Shown here one piece after another: positions 10,093 through 19,291 of a stretch of DNA of 32,000 nucleotides (its first letter is position 1; every line of letters begins with the position of its first letter). This DNA comes from Halalkalibacterium halodurans (GTDB lineage: Bacteria; Bacillota; Bacilli; Bacillales; Bacillaceae_D). Location: positions 45,485-77,484 of the forward strand of contig NZ_SNUY01000010.1 in NCBI RefSeq assembly GCF_004376175.1. The letters run 5' to 3'. A model generated the notes under the pieces. It was not told the DNA's origin and made no database searches. It saw only the letters and a list, made by a program, of their open reading frames with translations. The translations under genes were made by a program, and so were the position numbers.

Positions 10093-11172
10093 ATGACGAA
10101 TCACGTAACAAAAGGTGTCATCTTACTGGCAATCGATCGGGTAAGGGGTGATCGCTCCATTTACGGCCTTTACCATTTATTGAACGGAAAACGATCAGCA
10201 CAAACGATTCAAGATGGACACTTATTTGGACTGCTTCCTTACTTCGGACTTCTTTCCCATCTATCGCGAACCGAGTTTGAGGAATTAATTGAGGAGTTAA
10301 AAAAGGATGATGCTCTCACGGTCAACGATAGGCGAGTGGTCGTGACAGCTAAGGGGAGAGAGGAGCTTGAAGAGTGGCGACATACACATACCTTTCTTCA
10401 CTATGTCGATGGATGGAGATGGAAGAATGAAACGAAAAAAGCTTGGATGTGTTTACAATTATGGTTGCAAGCCTTATCGAATCGTGTCGCAGGTGTAACG
10501 TTTTATCCTGTAACCTTAAATGAGGCCGTTCAACAATGGGTGAAGCGAACCATTCCTCACAGCCCACAAGCTCGCATCCAGCAATTAACACGATTGCATC
10601 ATGAACTCGTCGAGCTGTTGACGAAAATGGAGGAAGTGCAATGCGAAGTGCTCGTTCGCCAATTAAGCGGATCTACACAAATCGGCCAAACGTTGGAGCA
10701 AATCGCCTATGATCTAGGGCTCTCCCGATCTGATGCAGCTTTGATCCATACAGTATCGCTACAGCAAATTGGTTCGGTTGTTATAGAGAATCGTGAGTGT
10801 TATCCGCTGATCCAGTCGTTGTTTCAATCGGGAGAAGATTCGGGTAACGTGTTAACCAATTCAGCTCAGAAGACGTGGTCAATGTTCAGGCAAGGCTTAT
10901 CATTAGAGGGAATTGCAAAGGCTCGGCGATTAAAACGGAGCACGATTGAAGATCATTTTGTCGAAATTGCTCTACACGATGAGACGTTTTCGCTCAGGGC
11001 GTTTGTCCCGCGGGATTTGGAGCAAGAGATCATCCAAATTGCCAGAACGTTAAACACAAAAAAACTGAGGCCAATACGGGATCAGTTGACACAACCAGGT
11101 AGTTACTTTCAAATCCGATTAGTGCTTGTAAAAATGGAGGCTGTACATGAATTTGGAACAAGAATTACATAA
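10093..11172 (+). CDS. YpbB-like helix-turn-helix protein (RecS partner)
   Basis: It lies upstream of and overlaps the RecQ-family helicase gene, as ypbB-recS does in B. subtilis. ATG 10093 follows GGGAGAGG. The assignment rests mainly on position. Confidence 0.7.
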   Translation: MTNHVTKGVILLAIDRVRGDRSIYGLYHLLNGKRSAQTIQDGHLFGLLPYFGLLSHLSRTEFEELIEELKKDDALTVNDRRVVVTAKGREELEEWRHTHTFLHYVDGWRWKNETKKAWMCLQLWLQALSNRVAGVTFYPVTLNEAVQQWVKRTIPHSPQARIQQLTRLHHELVELLTKMEEVQCEVLVRQLSGSTQIGQTLEQIAYDLGLSRSDAALIHTVSLQQIGSVVIENRECYPLIQSLFQSGEDSGNVLTNSAQKTWSMFRQGLSLEGIAKARRLKRSTIEDHFVEIALHDETFSLRAFVPRDLEQEIIQIARTLNTKKLRPIRDQLTQPGSYFQIRLVLVKMEAVHEFGTRIT

Positions 11173-12622
11173 ATGGTTTGGATACCATTCGTTCCGCTCA
11201 GGACAAAAAGAAGTGATAGAAGCGCTAGTGGAGGGGAACGATGTGTTTGCGATGCTTCCGACAGGTACTGGGAAGTCCATTTGTTATCAATTACCGGCGC
11301 GAATAACAGAAGGGGTAACGCTCGTCATTTCACCACTGCTTTCACTAATGGAAGATCAAGTGCAGCAACTGAAATCGAACGGCTGGAAAGACGTGGCGGC
11401 GCTGAGTAGCTTTCTGTCAAAAGGAGCTAAGGAGCGAATTATTAAACAGCTTCATCTGTACAAGCTGTTGTTTCTCTCTCCTGAAATGGTGCAGCACCCT
11501 GTCGTTTTCAAGCGGTTAAAGCAAGTGAAGGTGTCGTATTTTGTTGTGGATGAAGCCCATTGTATTTCCCAATGGGGACATGATTTTCGTCCAGACTTCC
11601 TTCGCCTCTCAGACGTGAAACACCAGCTTGGGAATCCACCATGTTTGGCGTTGACAGCAACGGCTACCCCAGCTGTTCAGCAAGACATCTTAACCCAATT
11701 ATCGATTGATGAGGCAGTTACGATTGTTCATAGTGTGGACAGGCCAAACATATCCATTTCGGTAGAGCAAACACCGACCGTAAAGAATAAGCTTGAAGCA
11801 ATTCGGGGGATTATTGAGCGACATAGCGGGGCGGGGATTATTTATTTTTCAAGCCGTTTATGGAGTGAGCAAATCGCTAGGGAGCTTATGTTAAACGTCA
11901 AGAAACGAGTGGCCTTTTATCATGGGGGGATGAGCAACGAGGATCGAATCTTGATCCAACAGCAATTTATGGCGGGAGAGCTTGATTTGATTTGCAGTAC
12001 GAGTGCATTTGGAATGGGCATTAACAAGCAAGATATTCGCTTTGTGATTCATTACCATTACCCGCAGCAGATCGCCTCATATGTCCAGGAAATCGGTAGA
12101 GCCGGTCGTGATGGACTTGCGAGTAGCGCCTATGTGCTGTTTTCGGAGGAGGATAAGGGATTAGCTCGTTCGCTCATGACACATGATCACCCGTCAAAGG
12201 ATGAAATCATTCAAATGATTCAAGATTGTCAAACAACTGAAGTGCCTTCATATGGCGGGGATGTAGCGACGGCACACAGATTCGTCCGCTTCTTGCTTGA
12301 GAGGTTTAAGAAAAGGAACCGGACCGTTGATGATTTCGTATCCATTGTGGAATCCCACTTTCAACAGCGCGAGCGAATAAAGGCAAAAGAACTATACTTA
12401 GTCGAAGAATGGTTACAGACAAAGGAATGCCGCCGGGAAAGGCTTCTGTCATTTTTTTCAGAACAACTGACAAGCCGGCCTGTACGGTGCTGTGATAATT
12501 GTGGTTTAAAAGACCAGCCAGGTGAGCAAGCCTCTGCCATCATAGCAGTGGGTCAAACAGTGCCGCATTGGCGCGAGCGTCTAGCTTTATTGTGCCATCA
12601 ATCGAAAGGAGGGCGGGGATGA
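11147..12622 (+). CDS. recS: RecQ-family ATP-dependent DNA helicase (RecS-type, no HRDC)
   Basis: Has the helicase motifs [30 protein letters not shown] and [10 protein letters not shown], plus a C-terminal Cys cluster. The RBS GGAGG lies 6 nt before the ATG. Confidence 0.9.
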   Translation: MNLEQELHKWFGYHSFRSGQKEVIEALVEGNDVFAMLPTGTGKSICYQLPARITEGVTLVISPLLSLMEDQVQQLKSNGWKDVAALSSFLSKGAKERIIKQLHLYKLLFLSPEMVQHPVVFKRLKQVKVSYFVVDEAHCISQWGHDFRPDFLRLSDVKHQLGNPPCLALTATATPAVQQDILTQLSIDEAVTIVHSVDRPNISISVEQTPTVKNKLEAIRGIIERHSGAGIIYFSSRLWSEQIARELMLNVKKRVAFYHGGMSNEDRILIQQQFMAGELDLICSTSAFGMGINKQDIRFVIHYHYPQQIASYVQEIGRAGRDGLASSAYVLFSEEDKGLARSLMTHDHPSKDEIIQMIQDCQTTEVPSYGGDVATAHRFVRFLLERFKKRNRTVDDFVSIVESHFQQRERIKAKELYLVEEWLQTKECRRERLLSFFSEQLTSRPVRCCDNCGLKDQPGEQASAIIAVGQTVPHWRERLALLCHQSKGGRG

Positions 12623-13209
12623 AGAGACAGCAACAGCTTATAAAACAGATGACAGACAGAGAGCTTTTAATAAATCTCTATCTTTCACAAACGTCCATGC
12701 TCGTCATTGCGTTCATATTAGGTTGGTGGTGGTTTGGAAGCTGGGACGCTTACATCGACATCCTTCGTTTCGAGCCGTTCAACATTTTCGTTCTCGGTGG
12801 CGGTGCAGCCGTTCTCGTTGTGACAGTCGACATTGTTTTATACCGATATGTTCCAAAAGAATGGATGGATGATGGGGGCATTAATGAGCGAGTGTTTCGC
12901 AACAGATCCACTTTCCACATTGCGTTTTTATCTCTCGTTGTTGCCGTTGCGGAAGAAACGTTATTCCGCGGCATCATTCAGCAACAGCTTGGTCTCGTGA
13001 TCGCAAGTCTCGTGTTCGCTCTCGTCCACTTTCGCTATTTACATAAGCCTATTTTGTTTATAAGCATCGTTGCGATCAGCTTTTTGCTAGGGGTTTTGTT
13101 TTTAGTGACAGGGAATTTACTCGTCACCATCTTTGCTCATTTTTGCATCGATTTTCTTCTCGGGATCTTCTTGCGAAATATGTTAAAATCATCTTCAAAT
13201 CGGGTATAA
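12619..13209 (+). CDS. CPBP (CAAX) family intramembrane protease, YpbD-like
   Basis: Multi-TM protein with the EETLFRG and HF/H motifs. Its ATG 12619 overlaps the recS stop (ATGA) and follows GGAGGGCGGGG. Confidence 0.85.
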   Translation: MKRQQQLIKQMTDRELLINLYLSQTSMLVIAFILGWWWFGSWDAYIDILRFEPFNIFVLGGGAAVLVVTVDIVLYRYVPKEWMDDGGINERVFRNRSTFHIAFLSLVVAVAEETLFRGIIQQQLGLVIASLVFALVHFRYLHKPILFISIVAISFLLGVLFLVTGNLLVTIFAHFCIDFLLGIFLRNMLKSSSNRV

Positions 13210-13241
13210 CGTAGCCGATAATAACAATAGGGGGGATGATT

Positions 13242-13481
13242 ATGCCAGCACACGTGAATAACCAAGCAGAACATTTGCGGTATGAAGCTAAAGGCAGAAA
13301 CGTGGAAGAGTTGCCTGTTGCTAGCGAAAAGCTGCCTTCTCGGCTTGACGTGCATCGCCGTAAGCGAAGGAAGAAGAAAAAGGCGCTTAGCTTTCCACTC
13401 ATTCGGATCTTGCTCGTGTTTTTTTTCCTTATTGTCATTGGCGCCCTATTATCTCCGTTTTGGCTTGAATACATGTTATAA
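13242..13481 (+). CDS. small basic single-pass membrane protein
   Basis: It has a lysine/arginine cluster (HRRKRRKKKK) followed by one TM segment. The RBS AGGGGGGA lies 6 nt upstream. It occupies the position of ypbE but is far too short to carry a LysM domain. Confidence 0.5.
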   Translation: MPAHVNNQAEHLRYEAKGRNVEELPVASEKLPSRLDVHRRKRRKKKKALSFPLIRILLVFFFLIVIGALLSPFWLEYML

Positions 13482-13540
13482 AAGTTAGTTCTTTAAGCCC
13501 CTCTTCGTTCATATATCAGATAATGAAGGGGGACTGAAGC

Positions 13541-13990
13541 ATGGGCGGTAAAGGAGCAACTCTGTTCATAAAAAATCGAGTGACCGATGTGACATATGTT
13601 ATGATTGAAGAGCTAATTGTCCGTAAAGAAAAATGGGATAAGCTCGAAAAACAGCTTCGATTTTGGTCTGTGCTCGGACTAGCGTTCTTGTTACTAGGCA
13701 TCATCCATGTCATCGTCCTTACTACAAGCACGCACACCACATATTTATTGCAGTTCATTAGTGGCAATCAGACGTTTTTATTCGTGTTGTTAGGTGTGGC
13801 CCTTTCGTTCTTTCAAATGCAATTCGTTCATAAAAAAGCTGAAAAGGCGGAAACGGAATATGAAGAGCTTCGCAAGGAACTTGTGGAACGCTCGGTCGAA
13901 CTATGGGATACGGAACCTTTGTGGCAAAAGCGAAATGAGACGTTCCAACACTTAAAGGATACATTTGATATTAATTTATATTATAAATAA
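13541..13990 (+). CDS. membrane protein, YpbF-like by position
   Basis: 149 aa with two central TM segments. The RBS GAAGGGGGA precedes it and a terminator follows directly. Confidence 0.55.
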   Translation: MGGKGATLFIKNRVTDVTYVMIEELIVRKEKWDKLEKQLRFWSVLGLAFLLLGIIHVIVLTTSTHTTYLLQFISGNQTFLFVLLGVALSFFQMQFVHKKAEKAETEYEELRKELVERSVELWDTEPLWQKRNETFQHLKDTFDINLYYK

Positions 13991-14000
13991 CAGCAAAAAA

Positions 14001-14027
14001 GCCTGATCGACAACATCAGGCTTTCTT
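14001..14027. terminator. rho-independent terminator
   Basis: aaaaaaGCCTGAT-cgacaac-ATCAGGCtttcttt. It also overlaps the 3' end of the minus-strand ORF. Confidence 0.7.
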
Positions 14028-14252
14028 TAGTGAAGGGGTGGTTACAGGCTGACCAAAGAACAAGCATTGATCGCGGGAAAAGGTTTGGTCATTTACTTGA
14101 ACGTACTCTTCGCTATATGCTTGTATCCGACCAAAGGCGAGTGTGTGCAAACGTTGAAGGCAGACAACTTCAATCGGCAATCCGATCGTTCGGTTAAAGT
14201 GGAGGTCCGCATTTGTCACGAGTGATTTTTCCAATCGTTTCGTTGTGAACAA
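14016..14252 (-). CDS. hypothetical small protein (about 78 aa)
   Basis: Minus-strand ORF. TTG 14252 lies 8 nt after AAGGAAGG, whereas the track's GTG 14261 abuts the SD. I recognise no motif. Confidence 0.35.
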   Translation of the reverse strand: MFTTKRLEKSLVTNADLHFNRTIGLPIEVVCLQRLHTLAFGRIQAYSEEYVQVNDQTFSRDQCLFFGQPVTTPSLKKA

Positions 14253-14562
14253 ATAAGTCACCTTCCTTTTTCTGTTTTTTTAAATGATAACCAACACGAG
14301 CATTTAAACATAAGTTGTTTCATTTATTTGGACATATCATGTTTTATGAGAGATGGATCGAAAGAAATGTTAACGGTTTCATAATTAAAATTATACAATG
14401 AATGGAAATGAATTTCAATAAGTTTCTGAAAATTCTTGGTTAGAATTAGAAGTAAATGAATGTCTTATAATTGTCACAAAATGATCACATGAAAAGCCTT
14501 TGTTCATGTTAAGCTACAAGATAAGGAAACGTTTTAAAAAGATATGGGAGTGGATCAAGAGA

Positions 14563-14673
14563 ATGATGACAGCAGGGCAATTAGGTGCAATTATTGGCAT
14601 TGGTTTTTTAGCAATGGGAATTGCAGTGTTAATGGCATATTCTCTCTACAAATTCTCAAATATGTCAGATTAA
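14563..14673 (+). CDS. unannotated 36-aa hydrophobic peptide (MMTAGQLGAIIGIGFLAMGIAVLMAYSLYKFSNMSD)
   Basis: My own translation; it falls below the ORF-track cutoff. It has one predicted TM helix and sits in an AT-rich intergenic region. A very strong terminator follows 8 nt after the stop. The SD is only weak (GGGAG 12 nt upstream, or AAGAGA). Confidence 0.4.
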   Translation: MMTAGQLGAIIGIGFLAMGIAVLMAYSLYKFSNMSD

Positions 14674-14680
14674 TTTACTA

Positions 14681-14713
14681 GGCTGGTACTCATAAAGAGG
14701 TACCAGCCTTTTT
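14681..14713 (+). terminator. strong rho-independent terminator
   Basis: GGCTGGTAC-tcataaagag-GTACCAGCC is a perfect 9-bp stem followed by TTTTT. Confidence 0.8.
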
Positions 14714-14764
14714 CGTATATAATCATAACTAGAGTACTTACAGCACATCTTGGGGGGATGGACG

Positions 14765-15154
14765 TTGCTCGTTTTTGTTTATGGGACGCTTCGCAAAGGA
14801 GGAGCCAACGATCATTATTTGCGCGGAGCCCGGTGTCACAATCGGCGTTGCTATGTATATGGTCACTTGTATGATTCAGGGCTCGGCTATCCAGCACTTA
14901 TAGCCGATGAAAAAGGGGGAAAGGTGGTTGGTGAACTTTATGAGATTAATGAACAGCATTTAGTTTCCCTTGATGAATTGGAGGATTATGCTCCAGATCG
15001 GAATCATAACTTGTACGAGCGGGTCTTACATACACTAGAAGACGGTAGCCATTGTTATTTATATGTAGTTACTCCTGACTCGCCCCTTGTGCGCACATTG
15101 ATTCCTTCGGGGGATTGGCTTGACTGGACGGAAAACAAAAAATCAACCGAATAA
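14765..15154 (+). CDS. gamma-glutamylcyclotransferase (GGACT/AIG2-like) family protein
   Basis: The N-terminal LVFVYGTLRKGGANDHYL and the later GELY..., LDELEDY fit the family. In-frame TTG 14765 lies 6 nt after GGGGGGA. Confidence 0.85.
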   Translation: MLVFVYGTLRKGGANDHYLRGARCHNRRCYVYGHLYDSGLGYPALIADEKGGKVVGELYEINEQHLVSLDELEDYAPDRNHNLYERVLHTLEDGSHCYLYVVTPDSPLVRTLIPSGDWLDWTENKKSTE

Positions 15155-15215
15155 ACAGACTTTTCTTTTATTTACAGGAGCGTTACACTAGAAGAAAAAG
15201 ATGGAGGGGATTCAG

Positions 15216-16430
15216 ATGCTTGAAGCCGTATTGAAAAAAGTGGACGCTTATTTTGACGAATTGGTTGACATTCGGCGGACACTTCATAAACATCCTGAGT
15301 TATCATTTGAAGAAGTAAAAACACCTGCCTTCATCGCAGATTATTTAGAAAAGCTTGGTGTCAATGTTCGTCGCGGCGTAGGAGGCCGAGGCGTTGTTGG
15401 CACGATTAAAGGTGGAAAGCCTGGTCCAACGGTGGCGTTACGAGCTGATTTTGATGCCCTTCCGATCCAAGAGGAAACAGGTCTTCCTTACCAATCAACT
15501 GTTCCTGGAGTTATGCATGCGTGCGGGCACGATGGTCATACGGCCACCCTTCTCATCATTGCAAAAATTTTAATGGAGCACCGTCAACAGTTGGAAGGAA
15601 GTGTTGTCCTTATCCACCAATTTGCCGAAGAGCTTGCCCCAGGGGGTGCGATTGCCATGATTGAAGATGGTTGCCTCGATGGGGTGGACGTCATTTACGG
15701 CACACACTTATGGGCGACGATGCCCGTTGGCGAAATCGGGTATCGAAGCGGGGCATTCATGGCAGCAGCGGATAAATTTGCAGTGACGATTTACGGAAAA
15801 GGAGGACATGGAGCAGCACCTCACGAGACGGTCGATGCGGTGACGGTGGGTGCTTCGGTCGTCCAGCAATTGCAGCAAATTGTCAGTAGAAATGTCGACC
15901 CGTTAGAATCGGCTGTTGTAACCGTTGCGTCATTCCAAGCAGGCGGGCCATTTAACGTCATTGCTGATAAGGCAAACCTTGTTGGAACGGTTCGTACGTT
16001 TAAAGAAGACATTCAAGATATGATCATTGAACGAATGGAGCGCACGATTAAAGGTGTTTGTGATGCTGCAGGGGCTACATATGCCTTCGCTTATGATAAA
16101 GGCTATCCAGCGGTGATCAATCATCCGAAAGAAACAGACGACCTTAAGAATGCGGCGGTGGCAGTTGTCGGGGAAGAACATGTAGCTGAAATGGCTCCGG
16201 TTATGGGCGGCGAGGATTTTGCCTATTACCTTCATCATGTGCCAGGGGCCTTTTTCTTTACAGGTGCAGGAAATGAGGATGAAGGGATTATTTACCCTCA
16301 CCATCATCCGAAATTTATGATCGATGAACGATCGTTAGCGATTGCGGCCAAAACATTACTGACGGCTACGCTATCATATAGTCAAAAGGACGCTTCAGCT
16401 CATGAGCCATCTGCCACATCTGATCGCTAA
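15216..16430 (+). CDS. M20D family amidohydrolase (N-acyl-L-amino acid amidohydrolase type)
   Basis: Contains RRTLHKHPELSFEE, ALRADFDALP, MHACGHDGH and GGEDFAYY, typical of YxeP/AmhX/HipO-like enzymes. ATG 15216 lies 6 nt after GGAGGGG. Confidence 0.9.
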   Translation: MLEAVLKKVDAYFDELVDIRRTLHKHPELSFEEVKTPAFIADYLEKLGVNVRRGVGGRGVVGTIKGGKPGPTVALRADFDALPIQEETGLPYQSTVPGVMHACGHDGHTATLLIIAKILMEHRQQLEGSVVLIHQFAEELAPGGAIAMIEDGCLDGVDVIYGTHLWATMPVGEIGYRSGAFMAAADKFAVTIYGKGGHGAAPHETVDAVTVGASVVQQLQQIVSRNVDPLESAVVTVASFQAGGPFNVIADKANLVGTVRTFKEDIQDMIIERMERTIKGVCDAAGATYAFAYDKGYPAVINHPKETDDLKNAAVAVVGEEHVAEMAPVMGGEDFAYYLHHVPGAFFFTGAGNEDEGIIYPHHHPKFMIDERSLAIAAKTLLTATLSYSQKDASAHEPSATSDR

Positions 16431-17340
16431 GTTAGAGAATCACGCCGAATGGGTCAAACGCCTAGTGCTTGTGGGCCAGAAAAGCTGGCACACGCCACTC
16501 CAGAAGGGAGGATGGTCACCTGCTGAGGTGATTCATCACTTTCACCGCTGGGACGATTTTGCCCGCAATCATCGATTTATTCCCTTTCTTGGGGGAAGAG
16601 CGACGTTTACCGCCGGTGCTCATGCAAAGTTCAACGAACAATCGGAGAGGGAAGTTCGGGATGGATTAGGAAAAGAAGCGATCATCGTTCAATGCCTGAA
16701 AAGCCGTTATGCGCTTATTGAAACAGTAGAAAAATTATGTGAGGAAGCATGGGAACAGACGTTGACGATTGGGGATCATGATCTGTCTATTCATACGTAC
16801 TTACAAGGAGTGATCGAGCATGATCGACATCACCGCGAGCAAATAGAGCAGTTTTTTTCTTTAGAACAACAAGGAAAGTTGCCTATGGTCAATATAACGG
16901 AGCGATGCGGTGAGGAACTGCCGATGAATCTTTTGTTGTTAGCTGATCCCGAACAAGCGATGATCGAACGTTACCTTTCTGGTGGCTTAGGCTTCCTAGC
17001 CGAAGTGGAAGGAACGCCTGTTGGTGTCATCGTCTTGAAGGATAAAGGGCAAGGTCTGTTCGAAGTGATGAACATAGCGGTGGCTGAACAGGAGCAAGGA
17101 AAAGGATACGGAAAACTGTTGCTTCTTCACGGGATTCACGTTGCCCTCAAAAGGGGTACTGACAGAATCGAAATTGGCACGGGAAATTCAAGCATTGGTC
17201 AATTGGCTCTTTATCAGCGATGCGGGTTTTCGATCACCGCCGTCGACAAAGATTTCTTTACGAAGCATTATCGTGAGCCGATCGTTGAACAAGGTATTCG
17301 TTGTGAGCATATGATTCGCTTAGCCCAAGACTTGAAATAG
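16402..17340 (+). CDS. DinB-like domain fused to GNAT N-acetyltransferase domain
   Basis: The N-terminal roughly 150 aa carry His-rich DinB-type motifs (VIHHFHRWDDF, EHDRHHREQIEQF). The C-terminal roughly 150 aa are GNAT (LLLLADPEQAMIERYL, EQGKGYGKLLL = Q-x-x-G-x-G). It is a single uninterrupted frame overlapping the upstream stop by 29 nt. Confidence 0.75.
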   Translation: MSHLPHLIAKLENHAEWVKRLVLVGQKSWHTPLQKGGWSPAEVIHHFHRWDDFARNHRFIPFLGGRATFTAGAHAKFNEQSEREVRDGLGKEAIIVQCLKSRYALIETVEKLCEEAWEQTLTIGDHDLSIHTYLQGVIEHDRHHREQIEQFFSLEQQGKLPMVNITERCGEELPMNLLLLADPEQAMIERYLSGGLGFLAEVEGTPVGVIVLKDKGQGLFEVMNIAVAEQEQGKGYGKLLLLHGIHVALKRGTDRIEIGTGNSSIGQLALYQRCGFSITAVDKDFFTKHYREPIVEQGIRCEHMIRLAQDLK

Positions 17341-17370
17341 GGGACAAAACTAGCCAAACGTAATCAAAAA

Positions 17371-17409
17371 GGTTCGGATCATTTTCTTTTGATGACCCGA
17401 ACCTTTTTC
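17371..17409 (+). terminator. rho-independent terminator
   Basis: GGTTCGGATCAT...ATGACCCGAACC (12 bp, one mismatch) followed by TTTTT. Confidence 0.7.
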
Positions 17410-17644
17410 TTTTGATTGATGGGATCGTTTGATTAGCTTTTATGGCCGTGAACTTACGTACTGTATGTTTCAAAATGTTTTGTATCAACCTGTTTTGGTT
17501 GCATCACGGCACCATACAAATTTTCACAAAAAGAGCCCACCATGTGCCGGGAAATGGTAGGATGTAAGTATCGGGTCCATACAGGCTTTGCTTATGTCTT
17601 CAGGCTCATTAATCGCTGAGTTTTTCTAAAAAGACTACATATGG

Positions 17645-17671
17645 TGTAACCTTCAGCTCAAATGTGTCGTT
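17645..17671 (+). promoter_or_regulatory. candidate ECF-type autoregulated promoter
   Basis: TGTAAC, a 17-nt spacer, then CGTT lies about 50 nt upstream of the ECF sigma gene. It resembles the AAC ... CGT architecture of Bacillus ECF promoters. Confidence 0.4.
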
Positions 17672-17718
17672 TCATAGTCAGATAGAGAAGGTGTACATCT
17701 TACGGAGGGTCATTACAA

Positions 17719-18249
17719 ATGGAAGAGCTTTTACTGATGAAGGCAAAAAAGGGGGATGAGGGTGCGTTCGAGCAGCTGATCGAACTGCATCTGAAAACGG
17801 TAGAAAAATTTGCCTTCCAGCTAGGTGTTTCACCTTTTGCGGTAGAGGATATTTCCCAAGAGGTGTTTATTAAGGTATATCGGTTTCTCCATAAACATGA
17901 TCGGGGCAAATTTACGACGTGGCTCTATTCAATTACGTTGAACGTTGTCCGCGATCATTACCGAAAAGAGCAGCGGCTGCGAAAGAAAGCGCTAGAGCTG
18001 CAACATCAATCACCAGAGACGGCGTATGTTGAAGAGCATTTTGACGAAGAGGCGAGAGCCCTTCACGAGATGATTCAACAGCTTGACGATAAATACAAAA
18101 TCCCGATCGTTCTCCATTATTTTCACGATCAGACGTACCAGGAGATTGCTCAAGTGTTAGGGATTACAGAAGGAGCTGTTAAGACACGCATGCTTCGTGC
18201 AAAACAGCAACTTAAAGCGAAGTACGAAAAAGTAGGTGAACAGCTATGA
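17719..18249 (+). CDS. ECF-subfamily RNA polymerase sigma factor
   Basis: 176 aa. Region 2 (DISQEVFIKVYR..., TWLYSITLNVVRDHYRK) and region 4 HTH (YQEIAQVLGITEGAVKTRMLRAKQQL) are present. The RBS GGAGGG precedes it. Confidence 0.9.
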   Translation: MEELLLMKAKKGDEGAFEQLIELHLKTVEKFAFQLGVSPFAVEDISQEVFIKVYRFLHKHDRGKFTTWLYSITLNVVRDHYRKEQRLRKKALELQHQSPETAYVEEHFDEEARALHEMIQQLDDKYKIPIVLHYFHDQTYQEIAQVLGITEGAVKTRMLRAKQQLKAKYEKVGEQL

Positions 18250-19214
18250 GTGAAAACCAATTGGATCGGGCGATGGAAAGGTTGAAGCGTCAATATGATG
18301 AGATGCCTACACGTTCCTCCTCCGCCAAGATTGCGGCAAACATAAAAAAGAAACGTCAATGGTCCGCGCGATTCCGGCGCTGGCAAATGGCGGCCCTTCT
18401 CGTTTTAACGGTCGGCATTGGCTCTGTATTAGGGCTTAACCTTTTCGGCAACCCTTCCCAACCTGAGGAATTTAGCTTACATGCTGATTCTGAACAGGAG
18501 CGAGCAATCGAAAAGGGCTCGCTTGAACAAGACGAACATCAGACCAATATGGATCAAGGCGCAGAAGCCGGAGCGGTAGAAGCAGATGAGGAGCCGGTTG
18601 AGACTCCTGCGATGGAAGAGGAAGGAGAAGAAACATCTCCTGCTAATGATGCGGAACAGCCAGATATAGGCATGGCTGAAGCTGATGAAGCGGATGTAGA
18701 AACACGGATTGTCTATGGTGAGCTAGAAGGGATGTCTGAGGAATTTGTTTATAAAAAAGAAGTGATCGATGAGTTTGGATTAGATTTTTGGTATGACGAG
18801 CGTTTTGTTTTAGAGCGGTTCAACGAAAACGGTATCGTGGGCAGGCAAGTCTATGTAAAGTTTAGTGGTGGCGATCCTATTTGGGACGTACCTGTGTTTG
18901 AGCTGTTTGCGTTTACGAATGACGCGACTTTCGAAGCTTACGTAGATGTCCTTGAAACAGAGGGTTATACGAAAAGTGGCACAGATGACTTGATTACATC
19001 ACAGACCCGCCTCCAGGCGATCGACGATGAGTATGACGTTTTTAGAAACGACGATGTCGAAGTTCATCTCGCTCGATTTGAACACCATCAAGGAGGGGAA
19101 TTTGCCATCCGTTTGAATCGCCCGACAGAGTATGTTGAGTGGTCTGAAGGTTACGGCCCTCATGAACAGCTTATGTTAGAGAATATTGAGCATCGCTATG
19201 ATGAGCGAAATTAA
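18246..19214 (+). CDS. putative anti-sigma factor (single TM, acidic linker, unknown extracytoplasmic domain)
   Basis: Its ATGA overlaps the sigma stop. It has a short cytoplasmic N-terminus, one TM (MAALLVLTVGIGSVLGL), and a roughly 80-aa Asp/Glu-rich segment before a folded C-terminal region. There is no HxxxCxxC zinc motif. Confidence 0.65.
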   Translation: MSENQLDRAMERLKRQYDEMPTRSSSAKIAANIKKKRQWSARFRRWQMAALLVLTVGIGSVLGLNLFGNPSQPEEFSLHADSEQERAIEKGSLEQDEHQTNMDQGAEAGAVEADEEPVETPAMEEEGEETSPANDAEQPDIGMAEADEADVETRIVYGELEGMSEEFVYKKEVIDEFGLDFWYDERFVLERFNENGIVGRQVYVKFSGGDPIWDVPVFELFAFTNDATFEAYVDVLETEGYTKSGTDDLITSQTRLQAIDDEYDVFRNDDVEVHLARFEHHQGGEFAIRLNRPTEYVEWSEGYGPHEQLMLENIEHRYDERN

Positions 19215-19224
19215 GCAAACCAAT

Positions 19225-19250
19225 GCCCGTTTCACTGGACGGGCTTTTTC
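19225..19250 (+). terminator. rho-independent terminator
   Basis: GCCCGT-ttcactgg-ACGGGC followed by TTTTT. It lies inside the 5' extension of track ORF 19223, which argues for the later start at 19292. Confidence 0.7.
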
Positions 19251-19291
19251 TTTACCGTAAAAAGACATGCTTTAAGCGGAGGCTGAATACA

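Noticed and set aside
13124-13488. Several overlapping ORFs (13124..13474 -, 13137..13355 -, 13282..13488 +) around the small basic membrane protein gene
   Set aside because: They are mutually exclusive shadow frames over a Lys/Arg-codon-rich stretch. Only 13242..13481 has an SD at correct spacing and a sensible TM topology.
19223-19291. 5' extension of the membrane-protein ORF (track start 19223)
   Set aside because: The extension contains the terminator hairpin GCCCGT...ACGGGC-TTTTT of the anti-sigma gene. A good RBS/ATG exists at 19292.
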